Source: Mizuhopecten yessoensis
Taxonomy: Eukaryota
DNA: 64,000 nt
Direction of reading: 5' to 3'
Assembly: GCF_002113885.1 (NCBI RefSeq)
Contig: NW_018406060.1
Span: 1,022,315-1,086,314, forward strand
The notes beneath the pieces are model-generated. The model worked only from the letters and a program-made list of their open reading frames with translations. It was not told the DNA's origin and searched no databases. Below, one piece after another: positions 39,301 through 52,860 of the stretch. Every line of letters starts with the position of its first letter. The stretch's first letter is position 1. The translations under genes and the position numbers were made by a program.

Positions 39301-42300
39301 ACTGATGGTACAAAAATGGCTATCTTCGATCTGAAATATGGCGTGAAAACTCCATCAGACGTTTGTCCAAGCCAGACCACGACCACTGTGGATCAGCATG
39401 TGTCGTGTTGTTCCTACAAACCAGGCGACTGTTTGGTCCCAATGATGGAATACACTGACATACACAGATATTATGCTGCCTTTTCCGCCCAAACAGTACC
39501 ACTTTATCAACCGCAGTTAGGGTGGCGACGGATCGTGGCCAACGACAACTGTACAGTCGAAAGAACGTTCTCTAATTTTGTATCTATGGATTACCGGTGT
39601 ATTGCAGGTAGGTGATAATACTACCGTACGTGAGGCGTTATCTTCATCAAAATCTTCAACTTGTAACTTTAATCAACACCTAATAGTTATCATTTAAGGG
39701 TGTATGATACATGCACCATACTGTTACATGTACCTCCAAAAGAGTTTCGCTACAAAACCTATCATTCACGCTTAGATTCAACTGGTCACTTATCGGAAAT
39801 GTGCGCATTTATGATATTAGCCTGTATCGAAGAAACTAAGATCGGCGTATATGATGTATACAAGAAAATTCTACGTGAGTGGATGTGTCGCCTGCTCAGC
39901 GCTTTAAGTGTTTTGGCTTGAGTTATCGCGTAAACAGATATGCAAAAACGCGGAAAGTTAAAACTCGACAGAAAACCCCGTAATATATGTTGAACAATAT
40001 TGCTTCTAGCATTACCGTACAAAATTTGAAAGGAATTGATTTAAAAAAATCAAAAAAATCTTGCATTTACTACACAATGCCCTTATTTGGCAATAAAAGG
40101 GGTATAACTCCACCAAAAATGCAAAACTTCTGAAATGCGAACTTATTTGAGTTATATTGGTATGTAATATGTGTTCCAAGTTTGAGTTTAATCAATTCAA
40201 GGGAACTCAAGTTATCGCACGGAAACCTTGTTTCGGACGACGCAACCGGCGACGTTGACAAAGTAATACCTATATGTCGCCTCGCGACACAAAAAGTAAT
40301 GTAACGAGCTCGTTAGCATCAACACCTTCATTTTCTTGGCTAAGATTTTGTAAACATTATTGTACTAGTAATCCCATTTTATAGCATTTTCTGATATCAC
40401 AATTTTGTATCCACGAAACAACTACTGTAAAACATACTCATTTTAGCGCATTTTAACAAAATGAATTGGCACAACCACAAAATATTCAGTAAATAACAGT
40501 AAACTTGAAGTTCAGTTGGCATGTTTATTATTTGGCGCAATTTACAAAGCGCGAACAGCGCCAAAATAACACTACCATTAAAAGTCGTACGTTTACAGTA
40601 TTTGAGGATGACACCGAGTTTAAAGTGGTACAAGCTTAAGGCCGCGATCCATACACACGAAGTGTACGTCCAGATAGACGAAGTTCTGCTGTTTATTAAT
40701 TGTTTGATCGTCACACAAAAAAAACACGTCAATCTTCATTGTCTTGTACTAGTTTTATCGTATGCCACTAAACTAGTATTTTATATTGGTTTATTTCCTG
40801 CCACAGATGCTGCCACAATCGACATGACAACTGTTAACACACTGTCTGGTCAATTCATCTCCGCAATGTACCCATTAATTGGAGGTGAGGATGCACGTGA
40901 GGACAATTTGTGTACGGTCACGAGTGGTCAGCCGGGACTGGTCATCTATGCGTTGGACATACGCCTTGAATGCTATATTGGATACGAAAACGGCACATGC
41001 ATAGGCAACCATTCGTTAACCTTCATGGATGGAAAACATAATAAAACGTTTGTCAGTAAGGAGGACACCGTTCTAGGGCAGTATCAAGTGATCTTCAGCA
41101 CAATTGAGTCCAGTATGATGTTCATATTTCAGCGCGATAACGGGTCTCGTCCGCAAATGGTTTGGTTCGGGGTTCGAGGTAAGTCAGTCATTCTGAACGT
41201 GTCCGTCGATGCCATCTGTGGAACAAAATAAAACCAGGATCCATGTCCAACTACATTGTTTTTTCCTATAAACTGTAACCCCCTTAACTTCCGTTTGAAA
41301 ACACCTCTGTTATCCAGGTATAGCTCATCCTCGATATCCAGGGGTTACGCTTACTTACGCTCTCTGCACCCCTTGTCATAGCAAAATTGAAGGCACAAAG
41401 ATAGCTGTTTGATTGGTCCAAGGTAAAAAAAACCCTGACCTATCGCTAAGCTGATACCTTTCCTTTGAAGATTACAAAGGGGCGACACCCGACTTCAAAG
41501 TCAATCAATTTTTACCGTTACGCGACCGCGAGATTCTTTTGATGTACATCAAAGGATCGAACTAGTCTTCTTGTCTCATCAACAAGGTACTGCGCCGTCA
41601 ATTTAGCTACGACATACTACATGGGTGTAGAGAGCGTAAGTGAGCGTAACCCCTGGATATCGAGGATTGGTATAGCTCAATCTGTTAGAGCGATAGCCCT
41701 GTGTTCGAATCCCGGTCTAGCCCCGCTGATTTTGTTTCCTTCAGAATACCATTGTTGATCATATATTGTTCGTTTTATTTATATTATTTCTCATAAATAT
41801 CCTGCAAGGTATGATTTTCTTTTCATAAATGATTCATCAAGGCTAAAGTAATGCCGAAAATTAAAGACTTTAAACAGTTTTTGGGTAGGATACGGGGATA
41901 TTTTAAAGGTCCACAAAACTTTACATTTTGATTCGTGATATACTTTTCCCTTTTATGTTCATACATGTCTGATATTCCACTAGCACTTCCAGCATAATAT
42001 GACTCACTGCAAACGAAATATATGAACAGGTAAGGAAAATACCACGACAGTAACCGTTAGCTGCAACGAGCTTGAAGTGACCGCACCTGGGGTATCGACC
42101 CGTCAGTCTACCAGGAGACCGTCACCAGCTGGCAACAACACGCAAACAGCAAACAACGGTAACATGTCTCTTATTGGGCCATTCATCATTGTGAATTACG
42201 TACGGATTAGATTTTGGCTAGATTTAACTCACAAAATGAAAATTACAACAGCATTCATACAAGACAACCTGATTTTCTTTTAGTGATCTTGATAAAATTA

Positions 42301-45056
42301 GTATATGAAGAAATTCAACCCCTTAAATGCAAATTACATTGGACCTACATGTATTTTGATAACTGTCAATATTGGCGATTTTATATTTTAATGGAAAGTT
42401 ACACTTCATCGTGAACGAAAATATAAACAGGGTTTATATAAACAATGAACTGCTTTCAGTTGCCGTTCATAGGCATTATGAATACCAACTGGACGAAGGC
42501 AAATTCAGTGAAGCGCTGGCTCTTTACATTTGATTTGCCTTTCATATCGCCTATGAATGCCAACTGAAAGCAGTTGAATATTTAAATTTACCATTTTTGA
42601 AATATGTTTATCCCATAGAAAGTTCAAATAATGTATGTGTTGTATGATTAAACATACATCTGTCAAGGCAGAGTCAGGTATTCTACGTAACAATTTTGAC
42701 GTCATGATGATTATGATGTTAACAATCGATCAATGACATGCAGAGCCTACATGAATGCCATCTGAATGTGGTAAGATTACACGGTGGCAAAAAGCTTATA
42801 ACATACCTTGTCTCTAGGATCTCGAAAACAACTTTTACTGACGACATAGTGATGATATATCTGGTAACCACCTCTCAATTGCGTGTGGTGTAATCACCTT
42901 TCACAGTCAGCATGCTAACGTTATGTGTGGTAATCATCTCTCACTGACGCCATGCTAACGTTATGTGTGGTAATCATCTCTCACTGACGCCATGCTAACG
43001 TTATGTGTGGTAATCATCTCTCACTGACGCCATGCTAACGTTATGTGTGGTAATCATCTCTCACTGACGCCATGCTAACGTTATGTGTGGTAATCATCTC
43101 TCACTGACGCCATGCTAACGTTATGTGTGGTAATCATCTCTCACTGACGCCATGCTAACGTTATGTGTGGTAATCATCTCTCACTGACGCCATGCTAACG
43201 TTATGTGTGGTAATCATCTCTCACTGACGCCATGCTAAAACGTTATGTGTGGTAATCATCTCTCACTGACGCCATGCTAACGTTATGTGTGGTAATCATC
43301 TCTCACTGACGCCATGCTAACGTTATGTGTGGTAATCATCTCTCACTGACGCCATGCTAACGTTATGTGTGGTAATCATCTCTCACTGACGCCATGCTAA
43401 CGTTATGTGTGGTAATCATCTCTCACTGACGCCATGCTAACGTTATGTGTGGTAATCATCTCTCACTGACGCCATGCTAACGTTATGTGTGGTAATCATC
43501 TCTCACTGACGCCATGCTAACGTTATGTGTGGTAATCATCTCTCACTGACGCCATGCTAACGTTATGTGTGGTAATCATCTCTCACTGACGCCATGCTAA
43601 CGTTATGTGTGGTAATCATCTCTCACTGACGCCATGCTAACGTTATGTGTGGTAATCATCTCTCACTGACGCCATGCTAACGTTATGTGTGGTAATCATC
43701 TCTCACTGACGCCATGCTAACGTTATGTGTGGTAATCATATCTCACTGACGCCATGCTAGCGTTATGTGTGATAATCATCTCTCAATGACGTCATACTAG
43801 CGTTACGTATGGTGATCACCTCTCACTGACGGCATACAGGCGTTACGTATGGTGATCATCTCTCACTGACGGCATACTGGCGTTACGTATGGTGATCATC
43901 TCTCACTGACGGCATACTGGCGTTACGTATGGTGATCATCTCTCACTGACGGCATACAGGCGTTACGTATGGTGATTATCTCTCACTGACGGCGTTATAG
44001 GTGATGTATACTGTTTGTCGCCTTCAACAGTTTTTACAATGAAGATTTTTTCTTGCAATATCTTTTTCTTTTCCAGAAACTGATCACATCATGGCTATAG
44101 TTGTAGGAGTATCCAGTGGGTCTGTCTTTGTTTTCTTTGTCATTGTTGTCTTTGTCTGCAGATGGCGCAGAAACAGGTAGCTTATATATCATACTTTCTT
44201 ATTGACAGCATTAAATGACTAAGCTTCATTTAATTGTGTTGTATATTTTATCATGAACATAAGTATATTGGATTCACCATCCAGACATTTCCTGAAAAAA
44301 ACCTAATTCTTTTTATATATATATGAAAGGTTTCTAAAATAACAGCAATCTCTAGTTCTGACCTTGCTAGGATTAGAATGAACTATAGTGAAAAGATGTT
44401 TTAAAATATTGTGTATGATAATTTATGAGCACTTTGTGCAGAACTACACATTTTAATGTCTAACCAGATTTACTTCCAGTTCAACTCTGTAGTCTACTGT
44501 AATAGTCGAGGGATAACTAGTTTGTCACACTCTCTTATAACCGTAACCTATCTATATACACATTATAATGTCTAACCAGATTTACTTCCAGTTCAACTTT
44601 GTAGTCTACTGTAATAGTCTAGGGATAACTAGTTAGTAAGGAATGTCTTATAACCGTAACCTATCTACATGTATATGCACATTATAAAACAAGTTTGGTA
44701 GTACTGTATAGCTGTGACTGGTTCTTATTTCCCACAGGTCTGACAAGCTGAAGGCAGATGCTTTAAATGACTATAGGAGGAGAATTAAGCACCAGAACAA
44801 TGAAATGCAGCCGAGACAGGTACCAGGTGGTCATCAGGCCAAACCCAAACAACAACAGCAGGGGAGAGTGAAAACCGAACAAAAAGAAAGTAACCAAGGG
44901 GCGACTGATCACCAGAGGAGTAGAAAGTTAAACCTGAATTCTCCAAAAGGTTTGGAACTGAGCATGAATGACCCCGTCTACCATGACATCACAATTCCAA
45001 GTCGAGCACCACGACCAGAAACAGCAGACAATAATAAACACAAGCGTCATCAGTAG
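33390..45056 (+). CDS. uncharacterised type I membrane protein (signal peptide, SUEL/Gal-lectin-like, CUB-like, S/T stalk, TM, Tyr-motif tail), 453 aa
   Basis: Exons 33390-33456, 39233-39607, 40807-41178, 42030-42158, 44077-44176, 44738-45056. Phases 1-1-1-1-2 join into an open frame. Signal MAVYRDRYLLFILHLVFTAVYG, TM IMAIVVGVSSGSVFVFFVIVVFVC followed by RWRRNR. Domain names are inferred from Cys spacing only. Confidence 0.8.
34093..38915. repeat. 34-bp satellite array (~140 copies) in intron 1 of the membrane-protein gene
   Basis: Unit TATTAGTCCATGATAAAGACACACCATCTACCAC. Confidence 0.97.
41326..41668. mobile_element. Mutator-like MITE (same family), inserted into a tRNA-like SINE head
   Basis: Same TIRs, perfect 9-bp TSD GGTATAGCT. 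Confidence 0.82.
42885..43995. repeat. 40-bp tandem array (~27 copies)
   Basis: Unit CATGCTAACGTTATGTGTGGTAATCATCTCTCACTGACGC, homogeneous in the centre and diverged at both edges. Confidence 0.96.
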
Positions 45057-46523
45057 AGCAATCGTGGCATTATTTTAATCACAACAAAGTGATATCAAAC
45101 TTATGACACTAGTGATAAAGTTTAGGACGTCATAGAGACATCATCTTTGGACAATACATTGATACCTACAACATAACAGTGCCTATCATTAGGGTGCTAC
45201 AGTTGCATCATCTCTAAGATGCCAAAGACATCAACTTCTAGTTATCGACAATATCCTGATGTTAGGTTGACACTGTACACTGTGACATCATCTTTGAAGT
45301 CACAGTGGCATCTTTAAGACACCAAAGCAACATAATATCACCACATTGACATAATATCACTAAACTGACATCATCTTTGGGACACCAAAGTAGCATTAAC
45401 AGTGACATCACTTTTTGTGTCTTTGGGTGATATTTTTCTTCAGCTTTGTATTCAACATTCCTCTTTATCCTTTATCTATCCTGCAATAAGCCCAGGGGGG
45501 CATACATAATCTCTGACTGAAAGTAGGGGGGGCTTATTACAGGACAATGGAAAAGCTTTTGTTGGCATTTCTTCCAAACAGCAATATATATTGGTGGGCT
45601 TATTTCCAGATAAATACGGTAGTACTGGAGTATGCTTCCTGAACAGGTAGCTAGTCATTGCTGTAAGTTGAGGACAACTTAGTGTCAGCTAAGAGAATGA
45701 TAATTAAATGTTTTATCTGAACATGTTGTGACATGAGAGAAATAATAAAAATAATATTAAAGTTCCTTTTTCATTTACTTTTACTTGACAACGGAAAACA
45801 TTACATTTTATTGTTACATCTTCAAAAATTGTGTACACAATAAAAAACAAAGATATCAAAATATCATCAAATAGTTTCATTTAGTTATCCAGTAATCATG
45901 ATTTTATAATTTTAATAGGCAGTAAGGACCACCTTCAGAATTTTCCTTTTCACACTCACAGACCGTATTAGTGTTTAATACTCTGATTTACACAGAGTTA
46001 AGCATTGAAGATAACATAAATGATGTATAAAATTCTTAAACATGAAGTATTGACTTATTTTTTGTGGAAATATTCTTGCACCTTCTCAAATAATGATATA
46101 TTCTTAAGTGAAAAATAACGTATAACATGTAGATTACCAAGCAAAGTCTCGGTGACTTCTGAATACAATGCAACAAACAGTTTTAGTCTGCTTGACAAAC
46201 ACAATGCAGTCAAGAAAATGAAATCCACACAAGTCAATTGTTGGTTCACATTATTTCTCAGAAATATACAATGACAAAGTTTTATGAACAAGATGATGTG
46301 ATTTGCTGCTAGGTGATGATGGCGTGGGTCCTGGTAGCTGTGCTGGCTGCTAGTTCCTACACGTTGTCCTGTCTCCAATCGCAAGACATGTCTTTAGGAA
46401 CAGGATTCTCTCGACTTTACCATATAAAATCTTGTATCCCTCTTCACACTTCCATTCACAGATTCACTCTCCAGCCTTCTTAGTGTCCAGTTCTCATTAA
46501 ATGTGTGAGTCATGATAAATATA

Positions 46524-49500
46524 TCACTGCACTTGTTGTATCAATGTGATGTTGTCTCCCTTTAGAAGAATTCGTCCTGAAAATAGAAAACAATTCATTA
46601 GTAAACACTACATCTTGTTACTTTATATTGCAGTATATTACTTTATATACAGTTAAGTACAGACCAAAAACTGACATCAATTAATTAAAAGGATATTTCT
46701 GACCAATTGATCATATTAAAACTTGATCTAAACAAATTTGTGGAATTAATGTTTCCATACCAATGTGCTTGTATCTGAAGTAAATGTCTGGCTATGTACA
46801 TGTAGATAGACCACAACAAATAATCAGAATGGGGAAGTGCTAGAAACTCCATTAAGTACAAAATGATCCCACCTATCTTCAACACTTCTCTGGATATTGA
46901 CTTGCAACGATATTTCAAAGGTGAAAATATGCATATATGCACAGAAACACCAAAGTGGTAGATCAGGAGGTACGAATGGCCTCAGACCATACACTAACTG
47001 CTGGGGTGGATCAGGAGGTACGAATGGCCTCAGACCATACACTAACTGCTGGGTACTTGCATTCCTGAATACAAATGCATTAACAATTTGGCAAAATTCC
47101 ATAGATACTTTCCTGACAATTTCTTTCTGATATAATAAATAGGGAAGATTTTGTCTGGAAATGGGACAACGCATCTAAAGAACTTTAGAGATGACTGTTC
47201 TCTGATTAAGTTCATCTTTCAACTTATTGCCAAATAAAATAGAAGCAAATGCTAAGTTTAAGCTCATGTTTCTAAACATTTAGCAATATGAGTGCTCAGA
47301 TGGAAGAATGAACTGCAAAATTAATAATACCCCGGTAGTATTTTTTTAATCACTTCTTTTCTCTATCAAATGCAAATCAGTAAAATTGGAAAAGAAGGTT
47401 ATTTTTAGGATTCAAGTGTTTGTTTCTCTATGCATTGATAAAAATGTTTTCAATTACTATCTTCAAAAGTTTTATGGACATGCTACAACCATCACAAGGA
47501 TATCAAATCCTTACCCAGTGTTTTTCTTGACTTTGTTTTCATGTGAACTTCTTCAGCTTCATCCAACACTAGATTCATGTATTCGTCAAATCCCTGTTAC
47601 AAAATAGAATTCAGAATTGAACCTGCATACTTTTTGAATTCTGAAATCACAGTACAAAATCATATATATCTGTGTACTTACCAACCTCTGAAATTTTGCA
47701 TGAAGAGATTGCAAAATCTGAAACTGTTTAAAAGTATTAACAATGACCCCTATCGGAATATATATGACACAAGCCAAAGTGTAACCTCGTCTATACAAAA
47801 GAATTACATGTACTGAATTTGAGTAAAACGCAAGACATGGCAAACTCCAAAATATTGAGACTGGGCAAATATGCTTTCTCCAAATAATGTCTTATTTAAT
47901 AACAAATTAACCATTTTAGCTATAGGTTCACTTGAAAAATTTGATGAAATATTGAAATATTGAACAAAAGTGTCAGTATTAAATCCACAAGAACTGAACT
48001 ATCAGGAAATAAAAGTAGGATAACTGAATTGACAATGAAAATGTTTCAATATTTCAATATTTCGTCAATTTTTTCAATATGGCCACTATATAAATAAAGA
48101 CAAAGACGTTATGACGAGTGGTGCAGACAAAGAAATTTGTCAAATTTTCAGGTCGATCTGTCCTTTTATCGAAACAGGAACATGAAAATTTACATATCAC
48201 AACATAAAACAGAGAAAAACAAACAATGAGACCTATATATATATAAATATATATTGTTTCACGATTACAACAACCAGAAATTAATAGAAAATAAGAGTTT
48301 GAAGTCACATTTTTATATTGATATGAATAATTTGTGGGCATTTGGCGAGTCATTATTTTGCCAAAATGTTTTACTTGAATACTTACAACAATGCATCCCT
48401 CTATCCTAAGGTTTGTCTGTTCATATAGCCAAACTTGAATCCGTGACCTCTGCAATGTTAAAAGAAAGTGAACTGAATGACCAGTCTCCTACATAAATAC
48501 TTATATCACTGTAAATATAATGAAAACATATGCATCCAGTTAGAAAAATAACAGCAAGGAGGTGTACAGAAAAAGAGATCTTTTATGGCAGGGAGTCTTA
48601 CCAATTCTCTACTCACCAATTCTCTACAGTATACATTATTTTCCTGTTAAATGAATGTAATTCACTCTATTTGAATACAGTTTACTTCCTCCTATACATA
48701 CTAAGACAATTATCAATTGTATAGGTCAGAGGCCTTTCAGAGAGAACATTTTGAATTTACTCCCAGTAATATAATGAAGCAGAAAATTATTATGATGCCG
48801 TAACAAAATTATTCATTCTACACATGTGATTTGTATGTATAAGCAAAGAGCTCTCTGCTTCATTATTAAAAGATTTGGGGATTCAAATGATTTAGAAAGA
48901 ACAAAAATCATTATTCATGTATTTATTTTTATAACTTACACCGACCTACATGTATGGCAATCTGTCAGTTAAACATCAGTATCTTTTGTTTGGACAAACA
49001 CTACCTATCTAAAATCTGGCTACTACAAGTTAGGATAACCTGTGTCAGATATGAATGATGTACTCATAATCAGATATCACCATGGACAAAACATGTAGAA
49101 ATGTGTACTTTACATATTGCAGTTTGTACCATTAATTTTCATACACCATTACACTTCATACTTACATTCTGTAAATATCTGAAAATCAAGTTCTGTTCAG
49201 GAGTTAGGGAAATTTTAAGAAATTGTTCATGGATTTTAGAAAATATTCAATTTTTTATATGTTAATATTTGAATTAGCAAAGCGCAATGTGCATACAGCA
49301 TTGTTTAAATCAGGCTATTTTTAATAACAATAACAGGTCTATTCCTGTCTAAAGTTATGGCCACATATAATAATGAATAATATAATAAATAATCTTTCTT
49401 TAACGTCCTGTACATTAACAACAATCATTAGCTCTGTAGAGCTTTTATAACGCCGCCGCTAAGGGAACAAATGTTGTTTTCGTGATGGAGGAAAACTCAT

Positions 49501-51048
49501 GGGGGGAAAACCACTGTGCCATCGGAGGGATAACAACTAATCCTATCAGACATCACTCTTTTATACGCCACTGAGTGGGATCTAACCGAAATTCTTGGGA
49601 GAGTGAGTGGTCTGAAGCTCATATTTCTTGATTGCACAGTAGTAATAACTGGTTGCGTTAGCGATCACCGAGACACCCCCTCTTAGGCAAGCGAAAATAC
49701 TGGGAGATTTGGCCTGCAAATGGAAGTTAGAAAAGGATTTCCTTGATATTGTTGTGAATCGTATAAGAAATTTTTAAACCAAAATAAGGATGAGTACACT
49801 TTTTTTGGAGAATTTCTTCAATACACACTTTTTCAAAATTTCAAACAGCTCTCAAGAATTCAGTTTTTTAGGTAAATATATTGGTGTTCTGTTATCAATG
49901 TCTGAGAGTTTGGTCCATAGGGATTGGCCCAACCACCAGCCCTTTGGCAGGTAACATTTTAAGATAATACTGTATATCTTTGATTGTTAAAATTCCAATA
50001 TATTGTTAATCTCTTCATATTTTATATCATTCAATTACCAGCATTATTTTAATGATTATAGCACATGTAACATTTTATATCAATTTTTTTTTTATGAAAG
50101 AAGTGTCTTAGAGTCTTATCAAATTATCAATATATACTATATTTTTATGAATTAAATTGATTGATTTAGATCTAAGGGACCCCATTGGAATTAAGCCACA
50201 ATGTGGCTTTATGGGTCATCCCAGGTAAAGGCCTAAATTAATCTAATCGAATTTTAACACCTGACTGATTACTAGTTTATGGCATAAATAACTTATAAAT
50301 AAGATCTCATTCTGTGATAGTATATATGTTTATGTCCAATCTGTAAAATGTGATATACGTGTATTATTTGCTTTTTACCTGAATAAATATTATTATTATT
50401 AAACAGATGGTAATACTTGAAAAAATACTAATTAAAATAATCACATCCTTCCAAAAAAATTGTTGGGCAAGGCTACATTTGGTAATTATAAAGCACAAGA
50501 CTTGTATTTTTCTTCACATTCTATAGCTTATGGCAAGATATTGATAACTAACCGGATACTATATAAATACAGCTAATCGGATATATGGATTTAATTAAAA
50601 CGTTGGATCAAAAGAGTAGGTGAACCGGGATATTTCACACTCCGGCACCGGAGTCTTTCCCGTAAACGGAAGAAGGAGAACATCGTGTAATGCCATTAAT
50701 GTGTTAAATATGATCACATCGCGCGATCTTCTCAAAAATAATTCCCAAAAGCTATTGGAACTGCAATATTTATAATGTCAATGTGGCAAAACTGTGGAAA
50801 CACAATTTGCAAATAAACGTACAAACGAACACACATTCTAACTCTCAGGGGACAGCTCTAGTTAATTTTAAAAGAACGTAAACGCAGCGGTGATTTTGGA
50901 AAGGGGGGGGGGTTGTTGCAGTAGGAACACGTGAGTTCAACCACCAGCAATGATCATACATAAATGCGTGTCAACAATGCAAAATTCAAAAGGATACGAT
51001 GGGCTGCACCATCACTTTCTGTACTTTAGGTCCACCTTTGTAAGCCAT
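46524..51048 (-). CDS. SNRPE: small nuclear ribonucleoprotein E (SmE), 5 exons, 90 aa
   Basis: Exons (minus) 50998-51048, 49166-49192, 48387-48449, 47515-47593, 46524-46576. [90 protein letters not shown] contains Sm1 and Sm2 motifs. Confidence 0.98.
49193..50997 (-). other. U12-type (minor spliceosome) GT-AG intron 1 of SNRPE
   Basis: 5' site GTATCCTTTT. Branch point TTCCCTAAC ~10 nt before the 3' splice site. No polypyrimidine tract. Confidence 0.92.
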
Positions 51049-51094
51049 GGCTAATGTTGTGTGTTAAACAAATATAAAACAATACAAAACGTTG

Positions 51095-51145
51095 AAGAAG
51101 CGATGCCGGGAAAATGGCGGAAGCTTTGTTGTTCTCGCGAGATAG
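51095..51145 (-). promoter_or_regulatory. SNRPE proximal promoter motifs
   Basis: YY1-like AAAATGGCGG at 51111-51120 and palindrome TCTCGCGAGA at 51133-51142, just upstream of the ATG. Confidence 0.55.
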
Positions 51146-51843
51146 TAAATATAAACAACGGTCCGGTGGAAGATAAGAATTTTCCGGATGTTAAATAACC
51201 ATTTAATAAATACAATATAAAGTTTTTTACGAACCTTATACCAAAACGTCAATTTTTAGAACAGATGATCATGTCAGTGTTGTTACAAAAAAAACCCTAC
51301 ACTAACAATTCTAGTTAGATCTATATTGATTTCCCGCGAGACGAACGCACAGATAGAATAAGGAAAAGGAAAAATTGTTCTTTCAAAAAAAGGAAATTTT
51401 TAATGCATTTGAGAACAGATTCGATATACTCTGGATTGGCCAGGAAATTATTTATAATTACAGAACTAAGATAACAAATGATATTTTTTGTAGTCCAGGT
51501 GAGCATCTCAGTAGTGGTCGGCGTTGAACATTTTCGATTAAATCAATATGCTTGCATTTATATGGATACCAGACTGCACTTGCATCAATTCAATTCAAGT
51601 TTATTTGGTAAAAAGGTACAACAACATAACAATTTCATACAGTACCCAATATATGTTTTGGCACAAATAATTTATATTTCTGATTACATTATAAAACATA
51701 TTAATGTAAAATTATATTAGTCTCTAAAAAAAGTATTCACAATTTTATAAATTACAAGGTAGCTAGGTAACGGTTATTCGTATGTTGCCCTTAAAACACA
51801 GGATTACCCAGAAAGCCCTGAAGCTTATTTTCCACTTGGGTCT

Positions 51844-52031
51844 ATTCCGTCTTTGCGTATTGCAGAGTTATCTTCTCTTGGGAGCAGGTATTGATTGTTA
51901 CGTCACTTGTTTGTGAGAATAACGTCATCAATTTTTGAGAAAACAACGTAATTTTCTCACACAGACCAATGACGTAACAATCAATACCTGCTCCAAAGAG
52001 AAGATAACTCTGCAATACGCAAAGACGGAAT
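51844..52031. mobile_element. MITE with ~60-bp TIRs
   Basis: ATTCCGTCTTTGCGTATTGCAGAGTTATC...GATAACTCTGCAATACGCAAAGACGGAAT. Confidence 0.8.
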
Positions 52032-52249
52032 TAAAAGACACATAAACACTACTTAAGTAAAAATTATAATAGTTTATATATTTTGAAGATAACTTAATTT
52101 TATGTTGAAACTGATGTTAATATATTAGGTTGTAACCTAAAACACATTGCATTGATAATACAGCACCCATATTGTGTACACAATCACATATTCACATACA
52201 CACAAAAACACATACACAAACATGTATATAGAACACATTACGTCAATGT

Positions 52250-52860
52250 CTGATCCTGTTCTTTTTTCAGTTTTTCAAAAAGATGTTTTTTGATCGCAAC
52301 TTTAAATGATGATTTACTCTTGATCTTCCTGATACTTTCTGGTACGGAATTCCAATCTTTAGCAGCATTGTAATAACACGTGGTAGATTACATAATCAAG
52401 TTGCGACCGGACAAGACATTGGTATAAAGGTATAAGTAATTCTATGTCCCGCATAAAAGGAAAGGTTCTTCTTAGCATGACAAACATTGAGTTGTCTTTC
52501 TTCACTTATATGATTTTCAAAATTTAGGTCTGGCTCTATCACTACTCCAATATCCTTTTCACCAGTTGTAGTTAGTACTTCTTTATCATTAGATTTATAT
52601 TTGACATGACTCCCGCGGACTTTCCGATGTGCATGTGTGTGACTTTTCGTAAGCCAATTCTCACTCCACTTGCACATGCTATCCAGGTCTCGTTGCAATA
52701 TCTTTGAATATTCGTCCTTAGTTATTACTTTAAAATTTTTAGTATCGTCTGCAAAGAGATACATATCAGAATCCACCAAGCTTGGGAGACCATTAACGAA
52801 AATAACATGAAGAAGTGGACACAAGACAGAACCTTGTGGTATCCTTGAAGTAACCATTGT
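52250..52860 (-). mobile_element. LINE (CR1/L2-like) reverse transcriptase relic
   Basis: IPQGSVLCPLL...YLFADDTK RT motifs, degraded. Confidence 0.85.

Noticed and set aside
34093-43995. CRISPR-like arrays
   Set aside because: Eukaryotic DNA with head-to-tail repeats and no unique spacers or cas genes.
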